Source of the DNA: Laetmonice hystrix
Taxonomy: Eukaryota
Direction: 5' to 3'
Length of the DNA stretch: 64,000 nt
NCBI GenBank assembly: GCA_965235115.1
Contig: OZ249436.1
Span: 39,620,001-39,684,000, forward strand
Each line of letters begins with the position of its first letter. Within the stretch, counting starts at the first letter, position 1. The position numbers were made by a program, and so were the translations under genes. The notes under the pieces were generated by a model, which searched no databases, had not been told where the DNA came from, and saw only the letters and a list, made by a program, of their open reading frames with translations. Shown in pieces: positions 12,345-26,300 of the stretch.

Positions 12345-15300
12345 CACTGCTGGGTTAGGGGTGGTGGTGGGAGGGGTCTGATGGTCTGATGGTCCGGGCC
12401 GAGTGATTCACCGCTGGGTTAGGGGTGGTGGTGGGAGGGGTCTGATGGTCTGATGACCCGGGCCGAGTGATTCACCGCTGGGTTAGGGGTGGTGGTGGGA
12501 GGGGTCTGATGGTCCGGGCCGAGTGATTCACCGCTGGGTTAGGGGTGGTGGTGGGAGGGGTCTGATGGCCCGGGCCGAGTGATTTACCGCTGGGTTAGGG
12601 GTGGTGGTGGGAGGGGTCTGATGGTCTGATGGTCCGGGCCGAGTGATTCACCGCGGGGTTAGGGGTGGTGGTGGGAGGGGTCTGATGGTCTGATGGTCCG
12701 GGCCGAGTGATTCACCGCTGGGTTAGGGGTGGTGGTGGGAGGGGTCTGATGGTCTGATGGTCCGGGCCGAGTGATTCACCGCTGGGTTAGGGGTGGTGGT
12801 GGGAGGGGTCTGATGGTCTGATGGTCCGGGCCGAGTGATTCACCGCTGGGTTAGGGGTGGTGGTGGGAGGGGTCTGATGGTCTGGGCCGAGTGATTCACC
12901 GCTGGGTTAGGGGTGGTGGTGGGAGGGGTCTGATGGTCTGGGCCGAGTGATTCACCGCTGGGTTAGGGGTGGTGGTGGGAGGGGTCTGATGGTCTGGGCC
13001 GAGTGATTCACCGCTGGGTTAGGGGTGGTGGTGGGAGGGGTCTGATGGCCCGGGCCGAGTGATTCACCGCTGGGTTAGGGGTGGTGGTGGGAGGGGTCTG
13101 ATGGTCTGATGGTCCGGGCCGAGTGATTCACCGCTGGGTTAGGGGTGGTGGTGGGAGGGGTCTGATGGTCTGATGGTCCGGGCCGAGTGATTCACCGCTG
13201 GGTTAGGGGTGGTGGTGGGAGGGGTCTGATGGTCTGATGGTCCGGGCCGAGTGATTCACCGCTGGGTTAGGGGTGGTGGTGGGAGGGGTCTGATGGTCTG
13301 ATGGCCCGGGCCGAGTGATTCACCGCTGGGTTAGGGGTGGTGGTGGGAGGGGTCTGATGGTCTGATGGTCCGGGCCGAGTGATTCACCGCTGGGTTAGGG
13401 GTGGTGGTGGGAGGGGTCTGATGGTCTGATGACCCGGGCCGAGTGATTCACCGCTGGGTTAGGGGTGGTGGTGGGAGGGGTCTGATGGTCTGATGGTCCG
13501 GGCCGAGTGATTCACCGCTGGGTTAGGGGTGGTGGTGGGAGGGGTCTGATGGTCTGATGGTCCGGGCCGAGTGATTCACCGCGGGGTTAGGGGTGGTGGT
13601 GGGAGGGGTCTGATGGTCTGATGGCCCGGGCCGAGTGATTCACCGCTGGGTTAGGGGTGGTGGTGGGAGGGGTCTGATGGTCTGATGGCCCGGGCCGAGT
13701 GATTCACCGCTGGGTTAGGGGTGGTGGTGGGAGGGGTCTGATGGTCTGATGGCCCGGGCCGAGTGATTCACCGCTGGGTTAGGGGTGGTGGTGGGAGGGG
13801 TCTGATGGCCCGGGCCGAGTGATTTACCGCTGGGTTAGGGGTGGTGGTGGGAGGGGTCTGATGGTCTGATGGTCCGGGCCGAGTGATTCACCGCGGGGTT
13901 AGGGGTGGTGGTGGGAGGGGTCTGATGGTCTGATGGTCCGGGCCGAGTGATTCACCGCTGGGTTAGGGGTGGTGGTGGGAGGGGTCTGATGGTCTGATGG
14001 TCCGGGCCGAGTGATTCACCGCTGGGTTAGGGGTGGTGGTGGGAGGGGTCTGATGGTCTGATGGTCCGGGCCGAGTGATTCACCGCTGGGTTAGGGGTGG
14101 TGGTGGGAGGGGTCTGATGGTCTGGGCCGAGTGATTCACCGCTGGGTTAGGGGTGGTGGTGGGAGGGGTCTGATGGTCTGGGCCGAGTGATTCACCGCTG
14201 GGTTAGGGGTGGTGGTGGGAGGGGTCTGATGGTCTGGGCCGAGTGATTCACCGCTGGGTTAGGGGTGGTGGTGGGAGGGGTCTGATGGCCCGGGCCGAGT
14301 GATTCACCGCTGGGTTAGGGGTGGTGGTGGGAGGGGTCTGATGGTCTGATGGTCCGGGCCGAGTGATTCACCGCTGGGTTAGGGGTGGTGGTGGGAGGGG
14401 TCTGATGGTCTGATGGTCCGGGCCGAGTGATTCACCGCTGGGTTAGGGGTGGTGGTGGGAGGGGTCTGATGGTCTGATGGTCCGGGCCGAGTGATTCACC
14501 GCTGGGTTAGGGGTGGTGGTGGGAGGGGTCTGATGGTCTGATGGCCCGGGCCGAGTGATTCACCGCTGGGTTAGGGGTGGTGGTGGGAGGGGTCTGATGG
14601 TCTGATGGTCCGGGCCGAGTGATTCACCGCTGGGTTAGGGGTGGTGGTGGGAGGGGTCTGATGGTCTGATGACCCGGGCCGAGTGATTCACCGCTGGGTT
14701 AGGGGTGGTGGTGGGAGGGGTCTGATGGTCTGATGGTCCGGGCCGAGTGATTCACCGCTGGGTTAGGGGTGGTGGTGGGAGGGGTCTGATGGTCTGATGG
14801 TCCGGGCCGAGTGATTCACCGCTGGGTTAGGGGTGGTGGTGGGAGGGGTCTGATGGTCTGATGGCCCGGGCCGAGTGATTCACCGCTGGGTTAGGGGTGG
14901 TGGTGGGAGGGGTCTGATGGTCTGATGGCCCGGGCCGAGTGATTCACCGCTGGGTTAGGGGTGGTGGTGGGAGGGGTCTGATGGTCTGATGGCCCGGGCC
15001 GAGTGATTCACCGCTGGGTTAGGGGTGGTGGTGGGAGGGGTCTGATGGTCCGGGCCGAGTGATTCACCGCTGGGTTAGGGGTGGTGGTGGGAGGGGTCTG
15101 ATGGCCCGGGCCGAGTGATTCACCGCTGGGTTAGGGGTGGTGGTGGGAGGGGTCTGATGGTCTGATGGCCCGGGCCGAGTGATTCACCGCTGGGTTAGGG
15201 GTGGTGGTGGGAGGGGTCTGATGGTCTGATGGTCCGGGCCGAGTGATTCACCGCTGGGTTAGGGGTGGTGGTGGGAGGGGTCTGATGGTCCGGGCCGAGT

Positions 15301-16789
15301 GATTCACCGCTGGGTTAGGGGTGGTGGTGGGAGGGGTCCGATGGTCCGGGCCGAGTGATTCACCGCTGGGTTAGGGGTGGTGGTGGGAGGGGTCTGATGG
15401 TCTGATGGTCCGGGCCGAGTGATTCACTGCTGGGTTAGGGGTGGTGGTGGGAGGGGTCTGATGGTCCGGGCCGAGTGATTCACCGCTGGGTTAGGGGTGG
15501 TGGTGGGAGGGGTCTGATGGTCTGATGGCCCGGGCCGAGTGATTCACCGCTGGGTTAGGGGTGGTGGTGGGAGGGGTCTGATGGTCTGATGGTCCGGGCC
15601 GAGTGATTCACCGCTGGGTTAGGGGTGGTGGTGGGAGGGGTCTGATGGTCTGATGGCCCGGGCCGAGTGATTCACCGCTGGGTTAGGGGTGGTGGTGGGA
15701 GGGGTCTGATGGTCTGATGGCCCGGGCCGAGTGATTCACCGCTGGGTTAGGGGTGGTGGTGGGAGGGGTCTGATGGTCCGGGCCGAGTGATTCACCGCTG
15801 GGTTAGGGGTGGTGGTGGGAGGGGTCTGATGGTCTGATGGCCCGGGCCGAGTGATTCACCGCTGGGTTAGGGGTGGTGGTGGGAGGGGTCTGATGGCCCG
15901 GGCCGAGTGATTCACCGCTGGGTTAGGGGTGGTGGTGGGAGGGGTCTGATGGTCTGATGGTCCGGGCCGAGTGATTCACCGCGGGGTTAGGGGTGGTGGT
16001 GGGAGTGGTCTGATGGTCCGGGCCGAGTGATTCACCGCGGGGTTAGGGGTGGTGGTGGGAGGGGTCTGATGGTCTGATGGTCCGGGCCGAGTGATTCACC
16101 GCTGGGTTAGGGGTGGTGGTGGGAGGGGTCTGATGGTCTGATGGCCCGGGCCGAGTGATTCACCGCGGGGTTAGGGGTGGTGGTGGGAGGGGTCTGATGG
16201 TCTGATGGCCCGGGCCGAGTGATTCACCGCTGGGTTAGGGGTGGTGGTGGGAGGGGTCTGATGGTCTGATGGCCCGGGCCGAGTGATTCACCGCTGGGTT
16301 AGGGGTGGTGGTGGGAGGGGTCTGATGGTCTGATGGCCCGGGCCGAGTGATTCACCGCTGGGTTAGGGGTGGTGGTGGGAGGGGTCTGATGGTCTGATGG
16401 CCCGGGCCGAGTGATTCACCGCTGGGTTAGGGGTGGTGGTGGGAGGGGTCTGATGGTCTGATGGCCCGGGCCGAGTGATTCACCGCTGGGTTAGGGGTGG
16501 TGGTGGGAGGGGTCTGATGGTCTGATGGTCCGGGCCGAGTGATTCACCGCTGGGTTAGGGGTGGTGGTGGGAGGGGTCTGATGGTCTGATGGCCCGGGCC
16601 GAGTGATTCACCGCTGGGTTAGGGGTGGTGGTGGGAGGGGTCTGATGGTCTGATGGCCCGGGCCGAGTGATTCACCGCTGGGTTAGGGGTGGTGGTGGGA
16701 GGGGTCTGATGGTCTGGGCCGAGTGATTCACCGCTGGGTTAGGGGTGGTGGTGGGAGGGGTCTGATGGTCTGATGGCCCGGACCGAGTG
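12345..16789. repeat. 64/56-bp G-rich minisatellite (~70 copies) with TTAGGG in each unit
   Basis: Unit CCGCTGGGTTAGGGGTGGTGGTGGGAGGGG(TCTGATGG)1-2 TCCGGGCCGAGTGATTCA; unit length varies by one 8-bp subrepeat. Confidence 0.99.
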
Positions 16790-17891
16790 GGAACAAGTTG
16801 ACACTTAAGAAGATTCGCCCCCTCAGTCGGCGTCTGTCTGTGGTCAACTTACGTTTTCCGTATGTGCTACCAAGGGAACACTCGCACTCTCAGTCCTCAT
16901 CCAAATTTTATTCCGTCCGCTCTGGTCTAGACAAGTGATGGAGAGTGTGGGCGTGCATGTAATATTAGAAACCAATTTGGCGGTTTATGGTAACGGTTTA
17001 TGTGGTATTATCGTCCTGGTTCAGTTGTTATGGGTCCATTATGTTGGTGTTTTAGAATTCCCCAGTAATAATGAGCAACTCGTTATGTACTTAGAGATGT
17101 CATGGTGCTGTTGTTAGAGTTTATTTCTTCATCACTGGAATCTCTGGGCATTTCTTAACATGGCTGTCAAATCTGAGCAGTGTATATCGCAATATTACGG
17201 TCACCTTTTTCTTCAATAGTAATATTATTGGCTTTCAGAAGGTATGATCCGAACATTTCACAGTATAAAACAGACGGCTGATTAGATAAAGAAACAAGAG
17301 TCAGAGTCCGATGACTTTTGCTCAACTCGACCTGTAGTTGATATGTCTGACTTATATATCGAATCGTCTATCCGTCCTTCCTGGGCAATTTGACTGTGTG
17401 ATTGGCAAATGTAAACCTATCTAGTGACCACATGCACTTGATACATGAACCTCTAATCTACAGGTGCCCGTCTTTCAAACAATCCGACTGGACTCAATCT
17501 CGACTGTCTGTCCCGTACCTCAGAATGGGACCTCTATAACTTTTCAATTTAATAAGAGCTCCTTTGAAACATTTAATTTACTCCGACACTCTTTAAAAGA
17601 CTTTCTTTCGAAAAACACGCAGTGGTGCATGATATGCACAGAAGGTGTACTTCCCAATAGGATTGCCATTGTATGAGAAGACAGATTTTCCGCATGCAAT
17701 TTTTCGTGTCAGGTAATTTCTTCCACAGGCGTTTAATTACTTTATGTTTCTCACATACATGTAGGAGTTCATACAGGGTGAGGCAGCACCCATTGCTTGG
17801 CAACACTATCGACTGTCTGTCCGGGACATGAGGTCGTCTTCATGAGGCCCTGTTGTATCCTGGTTTTTAATCCGCTCCCTTTTTGAAGTTA

Positions 17892-18747
17892 TATCGGGTG
17901 GATAAAAAAAACCGCCCCGAACTTTAAACTTCAATATTTCAAAAAGTAATGATTGTAATTCAATGAAATTTTTCTTAATATCACTTCATGATGTGGTCTC
18001 TTAGTTGTTAATGTTACAACTCAATAGCTTGAATAATATTTCCGTGGAGCTAAAAACAAAAATCATTGTACAAAAGCGCAATGCCGGGCTAAAGCGAGTT
18101 GTAGTCGCACCCAGAGTCCCTGGCCTCACACTAGAGTAGGTAGTCAATCGGTCCCCCGTTTTCACTCCATACTGCTTTCAGTCTCTTTTTCCATGAGCCA
18201 AGGCACTTCCTGGTCTCTGATAGGGAAATATCTTCCCAACATTGGGAAATACGCAATGTTTTGAATGTGTTGCTAAACGTGATAATGATCCGATTTCCCT
18301 TGAACTTCTCGTTACAGCCATATCGTCCTAATGTTACAGTTTCTCTGTAGGGTTTGGCCCATTAAACATCTGTTTTTCTCTAAAAGTACTAGGAATAGCA
18401 CATATTTTATTATATCTAGTGGTCCACAACATGATACATATTTTAAAACATGCAAAAACTAAATATTGAATTTTTTTACCCAAGGTACAATGCGGTGCAT
18501 CAAACGGGTGTCAAATTGGACACCTGACAGCTGCATGATATTTGACCTAATTCCGGCATTGCGTTTTTAGACACTGATTTTTGTTTTTAGCGCCACGGGA
18601 TTAATATCAAAGCTATTGAGCTGAATCTTTAACATACCAGAGATAATATCATGAAATGATATTAAGAGAAATTGTATTGAATTATAATGGATAGTTTTTG
18701 AAATATTAACGTTTAAATTTCGGGGCGTTTTTTTTATCCACCCGATA
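17892..18747. mobile_element. Non-autonomous mariner/Tc1-like element with ~200-bp imperfect TIRs (856 bp)
   Basis: TA|TATCGGGTGGATAAAAAAAACCGCCCCGAA...CGCAATGCCGG (to ~18088) mirrors CCGGCATTGCG (~18553)...TTCGGGGCGTTTTTTTTATCCACCCGATA|TA. No internal ORF. Confidence 0.92.
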
Positions 18748-18949
18748 TATCAGTATGTACAGTGTGTGCCCTTTGCTTGTTTGGCGGAGGAATGTCAACG
18801 AGAAACTTCACGCACAGTTCATTTAGACCGAATAATTGTATACACGGTTTTGCACAGGTCCGACCGTCAATGAAGCACCCGTAAAATATGAGTTTTAAAT
18901 CCCGCATAAATGCAACTAAAAGGTAAACGGAGGTGCAACTCCCGAGCGT

Positions 18950-19177
18950 TGCGGGATTTCCACCGGACACGAGCGAGCGATTTGTTTTGGTGCGCACGCT
19001 CGCGTCAAAAGTAGAAATAGTTGAAGTGATTGCAGTAATTTCCACCAGACGCGTGCGCACACATCATGCCGCGCTCGCGTCTGGTGGAAATTACTGCAAT
19101 CACTTCAACGATTTCCTTTTGACGCGAGCGTGCGCACCAAAACAAATCGCTTGCTCGCGTCCGGTGGAAATCCCGCA
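18950..19177. mobile_element. Near-perfect palindromic MITE (228 bp), possibly PIF/Harbinger-like
   Basis: ~105-bp arms TGCGGGATTTCCACCGG...CCACCAGACGCG and CGCGTCTGGTGG...CCGGTGGAAATCCCGCA with few mismatches and a short loop. TSD not clear. Confidence 0.85.
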
Positions 19178-20454
19178 TTGCCCGTTACGGTGCCTAGTAT
19201 CGAGGAGGTGAAGGAAACAGCTTTATTGGGCGCACAACTCTGCCGGAATATAATGTTATGTCCAATAGATAATAGAAAAACCTGTGCAATGTGTTTGCCG
19301 TCACTCGAGTTAAAAACTGGAGTACGTCCACTTCCGTGTGCTATACTCCCTCTGAGAACAGACCATTGCTGTGAAATGTAAACTAGGTAGCCAACAACAT
19401 TGAGTTTGATATTGAGGTATAAAGGAATAACCTTTAAATAAAGGGATCAAAGAGGCGAAGGTGTATGACATGGGTGGGGTGTCGGACTTATCACTGAGAA
19501 AATCGTGACATCACAGAAGAACGCTGATATAACTGAGCTGACTGTCACCACACCTCTCCCGCCAAAATTTACTCAAAGAGAGAGAGAGGGGAGAGACACT
19601 GTGGAGAAAGACACTGTTGCAGTAGCTACAGCATCGGTCGGAATTACAGGCACAAACCGACTTGAATTGGCTGCGGCCTTGTAAAATGAACTCGTATGTC
19701 TGTGAGTTACTTTATGAAAGCCTCTGTCGCTTCGGTTACCCACAGACGAATTGCTACTCTCATTAAGGCTCAGTTGTCAGAAGTAGTTTCTTTTTTTGGC
19801 GTAGGAGTGTGAAAGTCATCTTGTAGTTAATGTGAAAAGATCAGTTTTGCTGTAGGTGGAAAGGGTCTGCCTGTCAACCAATTAGGAACTTCCTCTTAAC
19901 AGTGTTCTGCCTGGTGTTACGTTGCTTGTCGGCGAGTCGCAGATGTCACCATGGTGATAATGTTCGTCCAATCATAAGGAGGCGGGCAAACCGGAAGGAA
20001 TCTCATGAAGGCCTAAATTTAGATGGTGTGATTAAGAAAAGGATTTCGAATGCAGTGGTTCCGAGTCATATTGGACACTCGTTTTGCTAGGAACCCCCTA
20101 ACAATATATAAAAAAAACAATAAGCAGTACTAGAAAAGAACGCATATTATTTAAAGAGCTAATTTTTGAAGAGGAAAAAGGTTGAGTTGGATGTACCCGG
20201 CCATTAAACTTCCGCTTTGTCGGAAAAAAATCAAACAGGCAGATAAAACCAGGATACCTGGCTCATGGACATGGTCGAGTTCTACGTGTTATGAACATTT
20301 CGGGTGTGGGATTGACTTAATCTTATACCAAGTCAGTTGAACAGTTATATTAAGGAAGCTGATAGAGGTTATTTGTCGGAATTTATCCATGTCGAAAAAA
20401 ACAATGCAGGGCTCTTTTTATGTGGTGTGCGTGGTGTGGTGTGACAAATGGGGC

Positions 20455-20692
20455 GAGGGCTGGTGTGGGGGAAGTGGTCGAGTGTCAGATTGCAAAATCA
20501 TCTGCGAGGCACAGATGTATTTCTATCCTTCCAGTACCATTTTTCTCACTGGCCCTCCCCAGTGCTCCGCAACTGGGTGTTCAAAGGCGTTGGTATGTCC
20601 AGCCGTGTCTGTGCGACTAGGCATATAAAAGAACCCTTTACATTTTTAGAAAAGAGCAGGGGATTACCTCCCGGTGGCAGGTTTCTTCTGAA
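20455..20692 (+). mobile_element. Diverged tRNA-derived SINE, copy A (central domain resembles the Meta/MESC SINE domain)
   Basis: Shares TCCTTCCAGTACCATT...CAACTGGGT..TCAA.GG...TGTCT..GCGA...GGCATATAAAA...GATT.CCTCCCGG..GCAGG with 26928-27128. The core ACTGGGTGTTCAAAGGCGTTGGTATGT...GCATATAAAAGAACCC resembles a conserved metazoan SINE domain as I recall it; this is unverified. Confidence 0.7.
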
Positions 20693-23369
20693 ATACTGTG
20701 CTCAATGACAATGGGGATGACGTTCACACTGTTTTTCCAAACAGAAGAGTGCATGTCGGTATTTTCATGAACATTGGCGATGCAGCAAGTTCTCGAAGAT
20801 CGGCAATCGCTACATACATAAGGTGGTTGTTTGATCGGAGTATCATCCTCAGAGCACACCCAGCACTGAGCAAACACTCCGGCTATATCTCTAAATGGGA
20901 TGCCATTACGTCGGCTTCTGCTGTACAAATCTTCCGTCCTCCTTTGCTGACTGAGATATTCTCTTGTAGATCTAGATGTTTTCTGCAAAAAAAAATTACA
21001 GACATTACACATTTGCTCACTGTCTAGGAAACTTCCTTTGTTTTGACATCACATCATGGACCCGAGTGAACATGCACAACGATCTTCGTCATACGACAGT
21101 CAGGCGGACCGAATCCTTGCAAGAAGAGAAAGATTTGAACTCAGGCTGTGACGTCAGGCCTGTAAGAATGTACAGGTCACCCAGGCTGTGCTGGATTTAG
21201 ATCGACACGATATTGGGATAAGGAACCTCAGCGCGGACTATTCGGTCATTTGCTGAATTATTCCCTTGCTTTCTCAAAGACTTGTTTCAGAAGGTGGCCT
21301 TGGAAATGATTTACAGATGATGCAAAAGTGTGGTGGTGAACAGGTGGAACATGATGTAACAAGTCCCCAGTGCAGGAACTTTTAAATAGTTTTCTGGGCT
21401 GCGGGACAGTTGTCATCCAAGGGAAGTGCTTTCGCTTCATTAAGACGCACTGTCAGTATCAGTGTCAGTTTCCAGTATCAAGAAAAGCCGTGATTAAAGT
21501 TGACACGGCTGTGAATGTAAAATTCTCAAAATTATGGCATGGAGGTCCAGTAAAATTGGAAAGTCCCAAATGGCTGAACCAACCTTTCATACTGTTCTTC
21601 TCTCAAAGCTCGTTGTCCGACAGAATCTGGTATGACTCGTATGGTTATTCGGTGGTCATTGAATGCAGTGCTCAGAGGTTTTTGTTGCGACTTAGGAGGA
21701 AGAATCTCATATAGAGAAAGATGTTAAATCATTTCATTTATTTATTTGGAGGTTTCCCAGCATGTTGAATAAAATGTGCTGGTACGTGTCATGTAAAGAG
21801 AATAACTGGGTGCACTTGGAGGTGGGGTGTTTGTCTGGGCCCAGGATATGAAAATGTTAGGTGTGGGCAGGTCTGTCCATTAAAGGTTCCTGTTGAGTGC
21901 GTCTGCCGTGATTTCATCATTTCAAGTGGAAAGATTTTCCATCCTTTGAAGTCTCGTTCCTAATGTAATATGCATGTGAGGCAGTGGACATCGTTTGAGG
22001 AGCAGCATTTGACTGGGCGGTAAAACACTGTGATTATGGATGACGATAAACACAGTTGGTATTTGTGAGCTGCAAACAAGCAAATATGATGAAATGTACA
22101 ATTTAAAACCAGCCTTCTTTGGTCCGTGTCTGCGGTATTACATTTTCCCCCAGGTTGGCATGATTTATGCAATTAGCAACTCTAATTGTCAATTACCATG
22201 GTAACGGGATTGTTTTATTGTGCATCTGACGGGAGCAGGAGGGACATCGCCTTAAAGTGTGGAGCTGCAAGGGTAAGGATCATTGAAGCCAGCAAGCGTA
22301 TCATTGTCAAAATTGACTTCCATCAGAAATCATCAAGTACACATGATAAGCTGGGTGAAAATCTCATGCTTGACGGATAAAAACGGTAACTCTGGACTAC
22401 CGCGTTGATGGAATATTTACAGGCAAGTTCTGATTCCAATCCTTGAGCTCATTAGCAGTAATCCCACCCGAGAGTAATCATCTCACTTGTTTTGACTGCC
22501 TACAACTTGGGGAAAAGCCATCGGTTGGTGTAGTATTGCTTAACTGAATGAGGAGTAAGAGTTGGAGTGTGACAAGTACCTACCTTACAACGTATTAGTT
22601 TCACAAGGTAATACATTCCGACATGGATATCTTGGACATCAAGCCGACTTGAAAATCCAGATCAGGTAATTAGGCATTTCTGGAGTTGCCGAAAGGTGAA
22701 AAACTAGATCATACATTGGTTAACAGAACTAGTGTAGCATCCTTGTTAAATTTGGATGTAACCGGTTAATGAGTCCTGTGACTTAATAATTGGATGGAGT
22801 ATTATTCTGGAGCGCCACCAAGCCAAGAAAATTTATAACCATGTAATGAGTAAAGTGACTAAAGTTTTCATGTTGACCAAGGATAAGCATTGGCACACTT
22901 AGCATAACGTTTAGATTCAACCGCCCTTCTCAGAAGTAATTAGCAATCCCTAGAAATGCTACATCCATGAACAATAAAGACATGATTTAATAACTGCGTC
23001 ATGCGCCTAATTAAAATAGCTAGATTTAGTAACGACGAATTTTAGAAACGGCTTAAATCCTTTTCCCTGTGGCCTGACTAGTGAAGTACACGTATTGGTA
23101 GGAATCGTAAAAATACCATCCATACCAAGGTGAAACAGATTACACAACCGTTCTTCCTAGATTGTTTGAAGTCATTATTGTTGCTGTTTGACATACACCT
23201 GTCTTTAATTCAAATGTATGGATGACAAGTACTGACAAGCGGATGAAGTCTAGACTTCCACACGGCTTTGAACTGACAGTACCACGGGAGATCATTAATA
23301 TGGGTCACACCCAGGCGGGCAGACAGTGTCGTCACGTGACGGAGACGAGAAGGTAAAGATTCTGCAAGA

Positions 23370-26300
23370 ATCTCATCCCGCCACCCACACCATGCGGCCA
23401 TCGCTGAGACTATACCATCAACATCTCGTCCCGCCACCCACACCATGCGGCCACCGCTGAGACTATACCATCAACATCTCGTCCCGCCACCCACACCATG
23501 CGGCCACCGCTGAGACTATACCATCAACATCTCGTCCCGCCACCCACACCATGCGGCCACCGCTGAGACTATACCATCAGGATCTCGTCCTGCCACCCAC
23601 ACCATGCTGCTACCGCTGAGACTATACCATCAGCATCTCGTGCTGCCACCCACACCATGCGGCCACCGCTGAGACTATACCATCAACATCTCGTCCCGAC
23701 ACCCACACCATGCGGCCACCGCTGAGACTATACCATCAGGATCTCGTCCTGCCACCCACACCATGCTGCTACCGCTGAGACTATACCATCAGCATCTCGT
23801 GCTGCCACCCACACCATGCGGCCACCGCTGAGACTATACCATCAGCATCTCGTCCCGCCACCCACACCATGCGGCCACCGCTGAGACTATACCATCAACA
23901 TCTCGTGCTGCCACCCACACCATGCGGCCACCGCTGAGACTATACCATCAACATCTCGTGCTGCCACCCACACCATGCGGCCACCGCTGAGACTATACCA
24001 TCAACATCTCGTCCCGCCACCCACACCATGCGGCCACCGCTGAGACTATACCATCAACATCTCGCCCCGCCACCCACACCATGCGGCTACCGCTGAGACT
24101 ATACCATCAGGATCTCGTCCTGCCACCCACACCATGCGGCCACCGCTGAGACTATACCATCAGCATCTCGTCCCGCCACCCACACCATGCTGCTACCGCT
24201 GAGACTATACCATCAACATCTCGTCCCACCACCCACACCATGCTGCCACCGCTGAGACTATACCATCAGGATCTCGTCCTGCCACCCACACCATGCGGCC
24301 ACCGCTGAGACTATACCATCAACATCTCGCCCCGCCACCCACACCATGCGGCCACCGCTGAGACTATACCATCAACATCTCGCCCCGCCACCCACACCAT
24401 GCGGCTACCGCTGAGACTATACCATCAACATCTCGCCCCGCCACCCACACCATGCGGCCACCGCTGAGACTATACCATCAACATCTCGTCCCGCCACCCA
24501 CACCATGCGGCCACCGCTGAGACTATACCATCAGCATCTCGTCCCGCCACCCACACCATGCTGCTACCGCTGAGACTATACCATCAGCATCTCGTCCCGA
24601 CACCCACACCATGCGGCCATCGCTGAGACTATACCATCAACATCTCGTCCCGCCACCCACACCATGCGGCCACCGCTGAGACTATACCATCAACATCTCG
24701 TCCCGCCACCCACACCATGCTGCTACCGCTGAGACTATACCATCAGCATCTCGTCCCGACACCCACACCATGCGGCCATCGCTGAGACTATACCATCAAC
24801 ATCTCGTCCCGACACCCACACCATGCGGCCACCGCTGAGACTATACCATCAACATCTCGTCCCGCCACCCACACCATGCTGCACCTGCTGAGACTATACC
24901 ATCAGCATCTCGTCCCGCCATCCACACCATGCGGCTACCGCTGAGACTATACCATCAGCATTTCGTCCCGACACCCACACCATGCTGCTACCGCTGAGAC
25001 TATACCATCAACATCTCGTCCCGCCACCCACACCATGCTGCACCTGCTGAGACTATACCATCAGCATCTCGTGCTGCCACCCACACCATGCTGCTACCGC
25101 TGAGACTATACCATCAACATCTCGTCCCGCCACCCACACCATGCGGCCATCGCTGAGACTATACCATCAACATCTCGTGCTGCCACCCACACCATGCGGC
25201 CACTGCTGAGACTATACCATCAACATCTCGTCCCGCCACCCACACCATGCTGCCACCGCTGAGACTATACCATCAACATCTCGTCCCGCCACCCACACCA
25301 TGCGGTCACCGCTGAGACTATACCATCAGCATCTCGTCCCGCCACCCACACCATGCGGCCACTGCTGAGACTATACCATCAACATCTCGTCCCGCCACCC
25401 ACACCATGCTGCTACCGCTGAGACTATACCATCAGCATCTCGTCCCGCCACCCACACCATGCGGTCACCGCTGAGACTATACCATCAACATCTCGTCCCG
25501 CCACCCACACCATGCTGCCACCGCTGAGACTATACCATCAGCATCTCGTCCCGCCACCCACACCATGCGGCCACCGCTGAGACTATACCATCAGCATCTC
25601 GTCCCGCCACCCACACCATGCGGCCACCGCTGAGACTATACCATCAGCATCTCGTCCCGCCACCCACACCATGCGGCCACTGCTGAGACTATACCATCAA
25701 CATCTCGTCCCGCCACCCACACCATGCTGCTACCGCTGAGACTATACCATCAGCATCTCGTCCCGCCACCCACACCATGCGGCCACCGCTGAGACTATAC
25801 CATCAGCATCTCGTCCCGCCACCCACACCATGCGTCCACCGCTGAGACTATACCATCAGCATCTCGCCCCGCCACCCACACCATGCGGCCACTGCTGAGA
25901 CTATACCATCAGCATCTCGTCCCGCCACACACACCATGCGGCCATCGCTGAGACTATACTATCAGCATCTCGTCCCGCCACCCACACCATGCGGCCACTG
26001 CTGAGACTATACCATCAACATCTCGTGCTGCCACCCACACCATGCGGTCACCGCTGAGACTATACCATCAGCATCTCGTCCCGCCACCCACACCATGCGG
26101 CCACCGCTGAGACTATACCATCAACATCTCGTGCTGCCACCCACACCATGCGGCCACCGCTGAGACTATACCATCAACATCTCGTCCCGCCACCCACACC
26201 ATGCGGCCACCGCTGAGACTATACCATCAGCATCTTGTGCTGCCACCCACACCATGCGGCCACCGCTGAGACTATACCATCAACATCTCGTCCCGCCACC

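Noticed and set aside
12306..16843. AGTCGGC..CTGTCTGT on both sides of the 64-bp array as a TSD
   Set aside because: Imperfect, gapped and not adjacent to the array ends; chance is likely.
20700..22400. Possible decayed coding sequence (CxxC pairs in ORF 20638-21012; a minus-strand acceptor-like T-run+GCAG at ~20984; 22186-22380 GAARVRIIEASKR vaguely like transposon N-termini)
   Set aside because: No domain I can identify and frequent stops; blastx is needed.
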